Shown here: positions 25,201 to 38,485 of the stretch, in pieces
Numbering within the stretch: the first letter of the stretch is position 1
Layout of the letters: every line of letters starts with the position of its first letter
Source of the DNA: Antedon mediterranea
Taxonomy: Eukaryota > Animalia > Echinodermata
Direction of reading: 5' to 3'
Assembly: GCF_964355755.1 (NCBI RefSeq)
Contig: NW_027306095.1
Coordinates: 124,001-188,000, forward strand
Length of the DNA: 64,000 nucleotides
Made by a program: the position numbers and the translations under genes
The notes under the pieces: model-generated
What the model was told of the DNA's origin: nothing
What the model saw: only the letters and a program-made list of their open reading frames with translations
The model's database searches: none

Positions 25201-26581
25201 ATGGTCTAAAACGTCTGCAAATGCGATTTGAAGCTATTTTGTGCACTTTGATGTTTTTTTTGTGAAAAGTTTCATCGAAATGCACAAAATTGTCTAAAAC
25301 GTCTCCAAATACGATATTAAGCTATTTTGTGCACTTGGATGTTTTTGTGTGAAAAGTTTCATCGAAATGCACAAAATGGTCTAAAACGTCTGCAAATGCG
25401 ATTTGAAGCTATTTTGTGCACTTTGATGTTTTTTTGTGAAAAGTTTCATCGAAATGCACAAAATGGTCTAAAACGTCTCTAAATGCGATTTGAAGCTATT
25501 TTGTGCACTTTGTCGTTTTTGTGTGAAAAGTTTCATCGAAATGCTCAAAATGGTCTAAAACGTCTCCAAATGCGATTTGAAGAAATTTTGTGCACTTTGA
25601 TGTTTTTGTGTGAAAAGTTTCATCGAAATGCACAAAATGGTCTAAAACGTCTGCAAATGCGATTTGAAGCTATTTTGTGCACTTTGTCGTTTTTGTGTGA
25701 AAAGTTTTTTCGAAATGCACAAAATGGTCTAAAACGTCTCCAAATGCGATTTGAAGCAATTTTGTGCACTTTGATGTTTTGTGTAATCCAGTTTCATCGA
25801 AATGTACAAAATTGTCAAAAACGTCTCTAAATGCGATTTGAAGCTATTTTGTGCACTTTGTCGTTTTTGTGTGAAAAGTTTTTTCGAAATGCACAAAATG
25901 GTCTAAAACGTCTCCAATTGCGATTTGAAGTTATTTTGTGCACTTTGATGTTTTGTGTGAAAAGTTTTATCGAAATGCTCAAAATGGTCTAAAACGGTTT
26001 CAAATGTGATTTTAAGCACCTTGATATTTTTGTATAATCAAGTTAAATCGAAATAGACAAAATGGTCTAAAACGTCTGCAAATGCGATTTAAAGCTATTT
26101 TGTGCACTTTAATGTTTTGTGTGAAAAGTTTTATCGAAATTCTCAAAATGGTCTAAAACGGTTTCAAATGTGATTTTAAGCACTTTGATGTTTTTGTGTA
26201 ATCAAGTTTCATCGAAAAGCACAAAATGGTTTAAAACGTCTGAAGCTATTTTGTGCACTTTGATGTTTTTGTGTGAAAAGTTTCATCGAAATGCACAAAA
26301 TTGTCTAAAACGTTTCCAAATACGATATTAAGCTATTGTATGCACTTTGATGTTTTTGAGTGAAAAGTTTTTTCGAAATGCACAAAATGGTCTAAAACGT
26401 CTCCAAATGCGATTTGAAGCTATTTTGTGCACTTTGATGTTTTTTTCTGAAAAGTTTCATCGAAATGCACAAAATGGTCTAAAACGTCTCTAAATGCGAT
26501 TTGAAGCTATTTTGTGCACTTTGATGTTTTTGTGTGAAAAGTTTCATCGAAATGCACAAAATGGTCTAAAACGTCTCTAAA

Positions 26582-29500
26582 TGCGATTTGAAGTTATTTT
26601 GTGCACTTTGATGTTTTGTGTGAAAAGTTTTATCGAAATGCTCAAAATGGTCTAAAACGGTTTCAAATGTGATTTTAAGCACTTTGATATTTTTGTGTAA
26701 TCAAGTTTCATCGAAATGCACAAAATGGTCTAAAACGTCTCCAAATGCGATTTGAAGCTATTTTGTGCACTTTGATGTTTTGTGTGAAAAGTTTTATCGA
26801 AATTCTCAAAATGGTCTAAAACGGTTTCAAATGTGATTTTAAGCACTTTTATGTTTTTGTGTAATCAAGTTTCATCGAAATGCACAAAATGGTTTAAAAC
26901 GTCTGCAAATGCGATTTGAAGCTATTTTGTGCACTTTGATGTTTTTGTGTGAAAAGTTTCATCGAAATGCACAAAATTGTCTAAAACGTTTCCAAATACG
27001 ATATTAAGCTATTGTATGCACTTTGATGTTTTTGAGTGAAAAGTTTTTTCGAAATGCACAAAATGGTCTAAAACGTCTCCAAATGCGATTTGGAGCTCTT
27101 TTGTGCACTTTGATGTTTTGTGTAAAAAGTTTGCTATTTTGTGCACTTTAATGTTTTGTGTGAAAAGTTTTATCGAAATGCTCAAAATTGTCTAAAACGG
27201 TTTCAAATGTGATTTTAAGCACTTTGATATTTTTGTGTAATCAAGTTTCATCGAAATGCACAAAATGGTCTAAAACGTCTGCAAATGCGATTTAAAGCTA
27301 TTTTGTGCACTTTGATGTTTTTGTGTGAAAAGTTTCATCGAAATGCACAAAATGGTCTAAAACGTCTCTAAATGCGATTTGAAGCTATTTTGTGCACTTT
27401 GATGTTTTTTTCTGAAAAGTTTCATCGAAATGCACAAAATGGTCTAAAACGTCTCCAAATGCGATTTGAAGCTATTTTGTGCACTTTGATGTTTTTGTGT
27501 GAAAAGTTTATTCGAAATGCACAAAATGGTCTAAAACGTCTCCAAATGCGATTTGAAGTTATTTTGTGCACTTTGATGTTTTGTGTGAAAAGTTTTATCG
27601 AAATGCTCAAAATGGTCTAAAACGGTTTCAAATGTGATTTTAAGCACTTTGATATTTTTGTGTAATCAAGTTTCATCGAAATGCTCAAAATGGTCTAAAA
27701 CGTCTCCAAATGCGATTTGAAGCTATTTTGTGCACTTTGATGTTTTTTTGTGAAAAGTTTCATCGAAATGCACAAAATGGTCTAAAACGTCTCTAAATGC
27801 GATTTGAAGCTATTTTGTGCACTTTGATGTTTTTGTGTGAAAAGTTTCATCGAAATGCACAAAATGGTCTAAAACGTCTCTAAATGCGATTTGAAGCTAT
27901 TTTGTGCACTTTGATGTTTTTTTGTGAAAAGTTTCATCGAAATGCACAAAATGGTCTAAAACGTCTCTAAATGCGATTTGAAGCTATTTTGTGCACTTTG
28001 ATGTTTTTTTGTGAAAAGTTTCATCGAAATGCACAAAATTGTCTAAAACGTCTCTAAATGCGATTTGAAGCTATTTTGTGCACTTTGTCGTTTTTGTGTG
28101 AAAAGTTTCATCGAAATGCACAAAATGGTCTAAAACGTCTGCAAATGCGATTTGAAGCTATTTTGTGCACTTTGTCGTTTTTGTGTGAAAAGTTTTTTCG
28201 AAATGCACAAAATGGTCTAAAACGTCTCCAATTGCGATTTGAAGTTATTTTGTGCACTTTGATGTTTTGTGTGAAAAGTTTTATCGAAATGCTCAAAATG
28301 GTCTAAAACGGTTTCAAATGTGATTTTAAGCACTTTGATATTTTTGTGTAATCAAGTTTCATCGAAATGCACAAAATGGTCTAAAACGTCTGCAAATGCG
28401 ATTTAAAGCTATTTTGTGCACTTTAATGTTTTGTGTGAAAAGTTTTATCGAAATTCTCAAAATGGTCTAAAACGGTTTCAAATGTGATTTTAAGCACTTT
28501 GATGTTTTTGTGTAATCAAGTTTCATCGAAATGCACAAAATGGTTTAAAACGTCTGCAAATGCGATTTGAAGCTATTTTGTGCACTTTGATGTTTTTGTG
28601 TGAAAAGTTTCATCGAAATGCACAAAATTGTCTAAAACGTCTCCAAATACGATATTAAGCTATTTTGTGCACTTTGATGTTTTTGTGTGAAAAGTTTCAT
28701 CGAAATGCACAAAATGGTCTAAAACGTCTGCAAATGCGATTTGAAGCTATTTTGTGCACTTTGTCGTTTTTGTGTGAAAAGTTTCATCGAAATGCTCAAA
28801 ATGGTCTAAAACGTCTCCAAATGCGATTTGAAGCAATTTTTTGCACTTTGATGTTTTTGTGTGAAAAGTTTCATCGAAATGCACAAAATGGTCTCTAAAA
28901 CGTCTGCAAATGCGATTTGAAGCTATTTTGTGCACTTTGTCGTTTTTGTGTGAAAAGTTTTTTCGAAATGCACAAAATGGTCTAAAACGTCTCCAAATGC
29001 GATTTGAAGCAATTTTGTGCACTTTGATGTTTTGTGTAATCCAGTTTCATCGAAATGTACAAAATTGTCTAAAACGTCTCTAAATGCGATTTGAAGCTAT
29101 TTTGTGCACTTTGTCGTTTTTGTGTGAAAAGTTTTTTCGAAATGCACAAAATGGTCTAAAGCGTCTCCAATTGCGATTTGAAGTTATTTTGTGCACTTTG
29201 ATGTTTTGTGTGAAAAGTTTTATCGAAATGCTCAAAATGGTCTAAAACGGTTTCAAATGTGATTTTAAGCACTTTGATATTTTTGTATAATCAAGTTAAA
29301 TCGAAATGCACAAAATGGTCTAAAACGTCTGCAAATGCGATTTAAAGCTATTTTGTGCACTTTAATGTTTTGTGTGAAAAGTTTTATCGAAATTCTCAAA
29401 ATGGTCTAAAACGGTTTCAAATGTGATTTTAAGCACTTTGATGTTTTTGTGTAATCAAGTTTCATCGAAAAGCACAAAATGGTTTAAAACGTCTGCAAAT

Positions 29501-32042
29501 GCGATTTGAAGCTATTTTGTGCACTTTGATGTTTTTGTGTGAAAAGTTTCATCGAAATGCACAAAATGGTCTAAAACGTCTCCAAATGCGATATTAAGCT
29601 ATTTTGTGCACTTTGATGTTTTTTTCTGAAAAGTTTCATCGAAATGCACAAAATGGTCTAAAACGTCTCTAAATGCGATTTGAAGCTATTTTGTGCACTT
29701 TGATGTTTTTGTGTGAAAAGTTTCATCGAAATGCACAAAATGGTCTAAAACGTCTCTAAATGCGATTTGAAGCTATTTTGTGCACTTTGATGTTTTTTTG
29801 TGAAAAGTTTCATCGAAATGCACAAAATGGTCTAAAACGTCTCTAAATGCGATTTGAAGCTATTTCGTGCACTTTGTCGTTTTTGTGTGAAAAGTTTCAT
29901 CGAAATGCACAAAATGGTCTAAAACGTCTCCAAATGCGATTTGAAGCAATTTTGTGCACTTTGATGTTTTTGTGTGAAAAGTTTCATCGAAATGCACAAA
30001 ATGTTCTAAAACGTCTGCAAATGCGATTTGAAGCTATTTTGTGCACTTTGATGTTTTTTTGTGAAAAGTTTCATCGAAATGCACAAAATTGTCTAAAACG
30101 TCTCTAAATGCGATTTGAAGCTATTTTGTGCACTTTGATGTTTTTTTGTGAAAAGTTTCATCGAAATGCACAAAATGGTCTAAAACGTCTCTAAATGCGA
30201 TTTGAAGCTATTTTGTGCACTTTGATGTTTTTTTTTGAAAAGTTTCATCGAAATGCACAAAATGGTCTAAAACGTCTCTAAATGCGATTTGAAGCTATAT
30301 TGTGCACTTTGTCGTTTTTGTGTGAAAAGTTTCATCGAAATGCTCAAAATGGTCTAAAACGTCTCCAAATGCGATTTGAAGCAATTTTGTGCACTTTGAT
30401 GTTTTTGTGTGAAAAGTTTCATCGAAATGCACAAAATGGTCTAAAACGTCTGCAAATGCGATTTGAAGCTATTTTGTGCACTTTGATGTTTTTTTGTGAA
30501 AAGTTTCATCGAAAGGCACAAAATTGTCTAAAACGTCTCTAAATGCGATTTGAAGCTATTTTGTGCACTTTGTCGTTTTTGTGTGAAAAGTTTCATCGAA
30601 ATTCCCAAAATGGTCTAAAACATCTCCAAATGCGATTTGAAGCAATTTTGTGCACTTTGATGTTTTTGTGTGAAAAGTTTCATCGAAATGCACAAAATGG
30701 TCTAAAACGTCTGCAAATGCGATTTGAAGCTATTTTGTGCACTTTGTCGTTTTTGTGTGAAAAGTTTTTTCGAAATGCACAAAATGGTCTAAAACGTCTC
30801 CAAATGCGATTTGAAGCAATTTTGTGCACTTTGATGTTTTGTGTAATCCAGTTTCATCGAAATGTACAAAATTGTCTAAAACGTCTCTAAATGCGATTTG
30901 AAGCTATTTTGTGCACTTTGTCGTTTTTGTGTGAAAAGTTTTTTAGAAATACACAAAATGGTCTAAAACGTCTCCAAATGCGATTTGAAGCAATTTTGTG
31001 CACTTTGATGTTTTGTGTAATCCAGTTTCATCGAAATGTACAAAATTGTCTAAAACGTCTCTAAATGCGATTTGAAGCTATTTTGTGCACTTTGTCGTTT
31101 TTGTGTGAAAAGTTTTTTCGAAATGCACAAAATGGTCTAAAACGTCTCCAATTGCGATTTGAAGTTATTTTGTGCACTTTGATGTTTTGTGTGAAAAGTT
31201 TTATCGAAATGCTCAAAATGGTCTAAAACGGTTTCAAATGTGATTTTAAGCACTTTGATATTTTTATGTAATCAAGTTTCATCGAAATTCACAAAATGGT
31301 CTAAAACGTCTGCAAATGCGATTTAAAGCTATTTTGTGCACTTTAATGTTTTGTGTGAAAAGTTTTATCGAAATTCTCAAAATGGTCTAAAACGGTTTCA
31401 AATGTGATTTTAAGCACTTTGATGTTTTTGTGTAATCAAGTTTCATCGAAATGCACAAAATGGTTTAAAACGTCTGCAAATGCGATTTGAAGCTATTTTG
31501 TGCACTTTGATGTTTTTGTGTGAAAAGTTTCATCGAAATGCACAAAATTGTCTAAAACGTCTCCAAATACGATATTAACCTATTTTGTGCACTTTGATGT
31601 TTTTGTGTGAAAAGTTTCATCGAAATGCACAAAATGGTCTAAAACGTCTGCAAATGCGATTTGAAGCTATTTTGTGCACTTTGTCGTTTTTGTGTGAAAA
31701 GTTTCATCGAAATGCTCAAAATGGTCTAAAACGTCTCCAAATGCGATTTGAAGCAATTTTGTGCACTTTGATGTTTTTGTGTGAAAAGTTTCATCGAAAT
31801 GCACAAAATGGTCTCTAAAACGTCTGCAAATGCGATTTGAAGCTATTTTGTGCACTTTGTCGTTTTTGTGTGAAAAGTTTTTTCGAAATGCACAAAATGG
31901 TCTAAAACGTCTCCAAATGCGATTTGAAGCAATTTTGTGCACTTTGATGTTTTGTGTAATCCATTTTCATCGAAATGTACAAAATTGTCTAAAACGTCTC
32001 TAAATGCGATTTGAAGCTATTTTGTGCACTTTGTCGTTTTTG
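26582..32042 (+). repeat. Copy 1 of a >=5.4 kb block duplicated at offset 31,958
   Basis: Seven ORF pairs have constant offset 31958; shared private SNPs (GCACTTTTAT, GCAATTTTTTGC, CTAAAGCGTC, ATATTAACCT, TTTTTATGTAATC). Confidence 0.9.
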
Positions 32043-35000
32043 TGTGAAAAGTTTTTTCGAAATGCACAAAATGGTCTAAAACGTCTCCAATTGCGATTTG
32101 AAGTTATTTTGTGCACTTTGATGTTTTGTGTGAAAAGTTTTATCGAAATGCTCAAAATGGTCTAAAACGGTTTCAAATGTGATTTTAAGCACTTTGATAT
32201 TTTTGTATAATCAAGTTAAATCGAAATAGACAAAATGGTCTAAAACGTCTGCAAATGCGATTTAAAGCTATTTTGTGCACTTTAATGTTTTGTGTGAAAA
32301 GTTTTATCGAAATTCTCAAAATGGTCTAAAACGGTTTCAAATGTGATTTTAAGCACTTTGATGTTTTTGTGTAATCAAGTTTCATCGAAAAGCACAAAAT
32401 GGTTTAAAACGTCTGCAAACGCGATTTGAAGCTATTTTGTGCACTTTGATGTTTTTGTGTGAAAAGTTTCATCGAAATGCACAAAATTGTCTAAAACGTT
32501 TCCAAATACGATATTAAGCTATTGTATGCACTTTGATGTTTTTGAGTGAAAAGTTTTTTCGAAATGCACAAAATGGTCTAAAACGTCTCCAAATGCGATT
32601 TGAAGCTATTTTGTGCACTTTGATGTTTTTTTCTGAAAAGTTTCATCGAAATGCACAAAATGGTCTAAAACGTCTCTAAATGCGATTTGAAGCTATTTTG
32701 TGCACTTTGATGTTTTTGTGTGAAAAGTTTCATCGAAATGCACAAAATGGTCTAAAACGTCTCTAAATGCGATTTGAAGTTATTTTGTGCACTTTGATGT
32801 TTTGTGTGAAAAGTTTTATCGAAATGCTCAAAATGGTCTAAAACGGTTTCAAATGTGATTTTAAGCACTTTGATATTTTTGTGTAATCAAGTTTCATCGA
32901 AATGCACAAAATGGTCTAAAACGTCTCCAAATGCGATTTGAAGCTATTTTGTGCACTTTAATGTTTTGTGTGAAAAGTTTTATCGAAATTCTCAAAATGG
33001 TCTAAAACGGTTTCAAATGTGATTTTAAGCACTTTGATGTTTTTGTGTAATCAAGTTTCATCGAAATGCACAAAATGGTTTAAAACGTCTGCAAATGCGA
33101 TTTGAAGCTATTTTGTGCACTTTGAAGTTTTTGTGTGAAAAGTTTCATCGAAATGCACAAAATTGTCTAAAACGTTTCCAAATACGATATTAAGCTATTG
33201 TATGCACTTTGATGTTTTTGAGTGAAAAGTTTTTTCGAAATGCACAAAATGGTCTAAAACGTCTCCAAATGCGATTTGGAGCTCTTTTGTGCACTTTGAT
33301 ATTTTGTGTAAAAAGTTTGCTATTTTGTGCACTTTAATGTTTTGTGTGAAAAGTTTTATCGAAATGCTCAAAATTGTCTAAAACGGTTTCAAATGTGATT
33401 TTAAGCACTTTGATATTTTTGTGTAATCAAGTTTTTTCGAAATGCACAACATGGTCTAAAACGTCTCCAAATGCGATTTGAAGCTATTTTGTGCACTTTG
33501 ATGTTTTTGTGTGAAAAGTTTCATCGAAATGCACAAAATGGTCTAAAACGTCTCTAAATGCGATTTAAAGCTATTTTGTGCACTTTGTCGTTTTTGTGTG
33601 AAAAGTTTCATCGAAATGCTCAAAATGGTCTAAAACGTCTCCAAATGCGATTTGAAGCAATTTTGTGCACTTTGATGTTTTTGTGTGAAAAGTTTCATCG
33701 AAATGCACAAAATGGTCTAAAACGTCTGCAAATGCGATTTGAAGCTATTTTGTGCACTTTGATGTTTTTTTGTGAAAAGTTTCATCGAAAGGCACAAAAT
33801 TGTCTAAAACGTCTCTAAATGCGATTTGAAGCTATTTTGTGCACTTTGTCGTTTTTGTGTGAAAAGTTTCATCGAAATTCCCAAAATGGTCTAAAACATC
33901 TCCAAATGCGATTTGAAGCAATTTTGTGCACTTTGATGTTTTTGTGTGAAAAGTTTCATCGAAATGCACAAAATGGTCTAAAACGTCTGCAAATGCGATT
34001 TGAAGCTATTTTGTGCACTTTGTCGTTTTTGTGTGAAAAGTTTTTTCGAAATGCACAAAATGGTCTAAAACGTCTCCAAATGCGATTTGAAGCAATTTTG
34101 TGCACTTTGATGTTTTGTGTAATCCAGTTTCATCGAAATGTACAAAATTGTCTAAAACGTCTCTAAATGCGATTTGAAGCTATTTTGTGCACTTTGTCGT
34201 TTTTGTGTGAAAAGTTTTTTCGAAATGCACAAAATGGTCTAAAACGTCTCCAAATGCGATTTGAAGCAATTTTGTGCACTTTGATGTTTTGTGTAATCCA
34301 ATTTCATCGAAATGTACAAAATTGTCTAAAACGTCTCTAAATGCGATTTGAAGCTATTTTGTGCACTTTGTCGTTTTTGTGTGAAAAGTTTTTTCGAAAT
34401 GCACAAAATGGTCTAAAACGTCTCCAATTGCGATTTGAAGTTATTTTGTGCACTTTGATGTTTTGTGTGAAAAGTTTTATCGAAATGCTCAAAATGGTCT
34501 AAAACGGTTTCAAATGTGATTTTAAGCACTTTGATATTTTTGTGTAATCAAGTTTCATCGAAATGCACAAAATGGTTTAAAACGTCTGCAAATGCGATTT
34601 GAAGCTATTTTGTGCACTTTGATGTTTTTGTGTGAAAAGTTTCATCGAAATGCACAAAATTGTCTAAAACGTCTCCAAATACGATATTAAGCTATTTTGT
34701 GCACTTTGATGTTTTTGTGTGAAAAGTTTCATCGAAATGCACAAAATGGTCTAAAACGTCTGCAAATGCGATTTGAAGCTATTTTGTGCACTTTGTCGTT
34801 TTTGTGTGAAAAGTTTCATCGAAATGCTCAAAATGGTCTAAAACGTCTCCAAATGCGATTTGAAGCAATTTTGTGCACTTTGATGTTTTTGTGTGAAAAG
34901 TTTCATCGAAATGCACAAAATGGTCTCTAAAACGTCTGCAAATGCGATTTGAAGTTATTTTGTGCACTTTGTCGTTTTTGTGTGAAAAGTTTTTTCGAAA

Positions 35001-35934
35001 TGCACAAAATGGTCTAAAACGTCTCCAAATGCGATTTGAAGCAATTTTGTGCACTTTGATGTTTTGTGTAATCCAGTTTCATCGAAATGTACAAAATTGT
35101 CTAAAACGTCTCTAAATGCGATTTGAAGCTATTTTGTGCACTTTGTCGTTTTTGTGTGAAAAGTTTTTTCGAAATGCACAAAATGGTCTAAAACGTCTCC
35201 AATTGCGATTTGAAGTTATTTTGTGCACTTTGATGTTTTGTGTGAAAAGTTTTATCGAAATGCTCAAAATGGTCTAAAACGGTTTCAAATGTGATTTTAA
35301 GCACTTTGATATTTTTGTATAATCAAGTTAAATCGAAATGCACAAAATGGTCTAAAACGTCTGCAAATGCGATTTAAAGCTATTTTGTGCACTTTAATGT
35401 TTTGTGTGAAAAGTTTTATCGAAATTCTCAAAATGGTCTAAAACGGTTTCAAATGTGATTTTAAGCACTTTGATGTTTTTGTGTAATCAAGTTTCATCGA
35501 AATGCACTAAATGGTTTAAAACGTCTGCAAATGCGATTTGAAGCTATTTTGTGCACTTTGATGTTTTTGTGTGAAAAGTTTCATCGAAATGCACAAAATT
35601 GTCTAAAACGTCTCCAAATACGATATTAAGCTATTGTATGCACTTTGATGTTTTTGAGTGAAAAGTTTTTTCGAAATGCACAAAATGGTCTAAAACGTCT
35701 CCAAATGCGATTTGGAGCTCTTTTGTGCACTTTGATGTTTTGTGTAAAAAGTTTGCTATTTTGTGCACTTTAATGTTTTGTGTGAAAAGTTTTATCGAAA
35801 TACTCAAAATTGTCTAAAACGGTTTCAAATGTGATTTTAAGCACTTTGATATTTTTGTGTAATCAAGTTTTTTCGAAATGCACAACATGGTCTAAAACGT
35901 CTCCAAATGCGATTTGAAGCTATTTTGTGCACTT

Positions 35935-38485
35935 TGATGTTTTTGTGTGAAAAGTTTATTCGAAATGCACAAAATGGTCTAAAACGTCTCCAAATGCGAT
36001 TTGAAGTTATTTTGTGCACTTTGATGTTTTGTGTGAAAAGTTTTATCGAAATGCTCAAAATGGTCTAAAACGGTTTCAAATGTGATTTTAAGCCCTTTGA
36101 TATTTTTGTGTAATCAAGTTTCATCGAAATGCTCAAAATGGTCTAAAACGTCTCCAAATGCGATTTGAAGCTATTTTGTGCACTTTGATGTTTTTTTGTG
36201 AAAAGTTTCATCGAAATGCACAAAATGGTCTAAAACGTCTCTAAATGCGATTTGAAGCTATTTTGTGCACTTTGATGTTTTTGTGTGAAAAGTTTCATCG
36301 AAATGCACAAAATGGTCTAAAACGTCTCTAAATGCGATTTGAAGCTATTTTGTGCACTTTGATGTTTTTTTGTGAAAAGTTTCATCGAAATGCACAAAAT
36401 GGTCTAAAACGTCTCTAAATGCGATTTGAAGCTATTTTGTGCACTTTGATGTTTTTTTGTGAAAAGTTTCATCGAAATGCACAAAATTGTCTAAAACGTC
36501 TCTAAATGCGATTTGAAGCTATTTTGTGCACTTTGTCGTTTTTGTGTGAAAAGTTTCATCGAAATGCTCAAAATGGTCTAAAACGTCTCCAAATGCGATT
36601 TGAAGCAATTTTGTGCACTTTGATGTTTTTGTGTGAAAAGTTTCATCGAAATGCACAAAATGGTCTAAAACGTCTGCAAATGCGATTTGAAGCTATTTTG
36701 TGCACTTTGTCGTTTTTGTGTGAAAAGTTTTTTCGAAATGCACAAAATGGTCTAAAACGTCTCCAATTGCGATTTGAAGTTATTTTGTGCACTTTGATGT
36801 TTTGTGTGAAAAGTTTTATCGAAATGCTCAAAATGGTCTAAAACGGTTTCAAATGTGATTTTAAGCACTTTGATATTTTTGTGTAATCAAGTTTCATCGA
36901 AATGCACAAAATGGTCTAAAACGTCTGCAAATGCGATTTAAAGCTATTTTGTGCACTTTAATATTTTGTGTGAAAAGTTTTATCGAAATTCTCAAAATGG
37001 TCTAAAACGGTTTCAAATGTGATTTTAAGCACTTTGATGTTTTTGTGTAATCAAGTTTCATCGAAATGCACAAAATGGTTTAAAACGTCTGCAAATGCGA
37101 TTTGAAGCTATTTTGTGCACTTTGATGTTTTTGTGTGAAAAGTTTCCTCGAAATGCACAAAATTGTCTAAAACGTCTCCAAATACGATATTAAGCTATTT
37201 TGTGCACTTTGATGTTTTTGTGTGAAAAGTTTATTCGAAATGCACAAAATGGTCTAAAACGTCTCCAAATGCGATTTGAAGTTATTTTGTGCACTTTGAT
37301 GTTTTGTGTGAAAAGTTTTATCGAAATGCTCAAAATGGTCTAAAACGGTTTCAAATGTGATTTTAAGCACTTTGATATTTTTGTGTAATCAAGTTTCATC
37401 GAAATGCTCAAAATGGTCTAAAACGTCTCCAAATGCGATTTGAAGCTATTTTGTGCACTTTGATGTTTTTTTGTGAAAAGTTTCATCGAAATGCACAAAA
37501 TGGTCTAAAACGTCTCTAAATGCGATTTGAAGCTATTTTGTGCACTTTGATGTTTTTGTGTGAAAAGTTTCATCGAAATGCACAAAATGGTCTAAAACGT
37601 CTCTAAATGCGATTTGAAGCTATTTTGTGCACTTTGATGTTTTTTTGTGAAAAGTTTCATCGAAATGCACAAAATGGTCTAAAACGTCTCTAAATGCGAT
37701 TTGAAGCTATTTTGTGCACTTTGATGTTTTTTTGTGAAAAGTTTCATCGAAATGCACAAAATTGTCTAAAACGTCTCTAAATGCGATTTGAAGCTATTTT
37801 GTGCACTTTGTCGTTTTTGTGTGAAAAGTTTCATCGAAATGCTCAAAATGGTCTAAAACGTCTCCAAATGCGATTTGAAGCAATTTTGTGCACTTTGATG
37901 TTTTTGTGTGAAAAGTTTCATCGAAATGCACAAAATGGTCTAAAACGTCTGCAAATGCGATTTGAAGCTATTTTGTGCACTTTGTCGTTTTTGTGTGAAA
38001 AGTTTTTTCGAAATGCACAAAATGGTCTAAAACGTCTCCAATTGCGATTTGAAGTTATTTTGTGCACTTTGATGTTTTGTGTGAAAAGTTTTATCGAAAT
38101 GCTCAAAATGGTCTAAAACGGTTTCAAATGTGATTTTAAGCACTTTGATATTTTTGTGTAATCAAGTTTCATCGAAATGCACAAAATGGTCTAAAACGTC
38201 TGCAAATGCGATTTAAAGCTATTTTGTGCACTTTAATATTTTGTGTGAAAAGTTTTATCGAAATTCTCAAAATGGTCTAAAACGGTTTCAAATGTGATTT
38301 TAAGCACTTTGATGTTTTTGTGTAATCAAGTTTCATCGAAATGCACAAAATGGTTTAAAACGTCTGCAAATGCGATTTGAAGCTATTTTGTGCACTTTGA
38401 TGTTTTTGTGTGAAAAGTTTCCTCGAAATGCACAAAATTGTCTAAAACGTCTCCAAATACGATATTAAGCTATTTTGTGCACTTT
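35935..38485 (+). repeat. Tandem duplication with 1275 bp unit
   Basis: ORFs 36506/37781; markers TTTATTCG, TTAATATTTT and TTTCCTCG recur at offset 1275. Confidence 0.85.
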
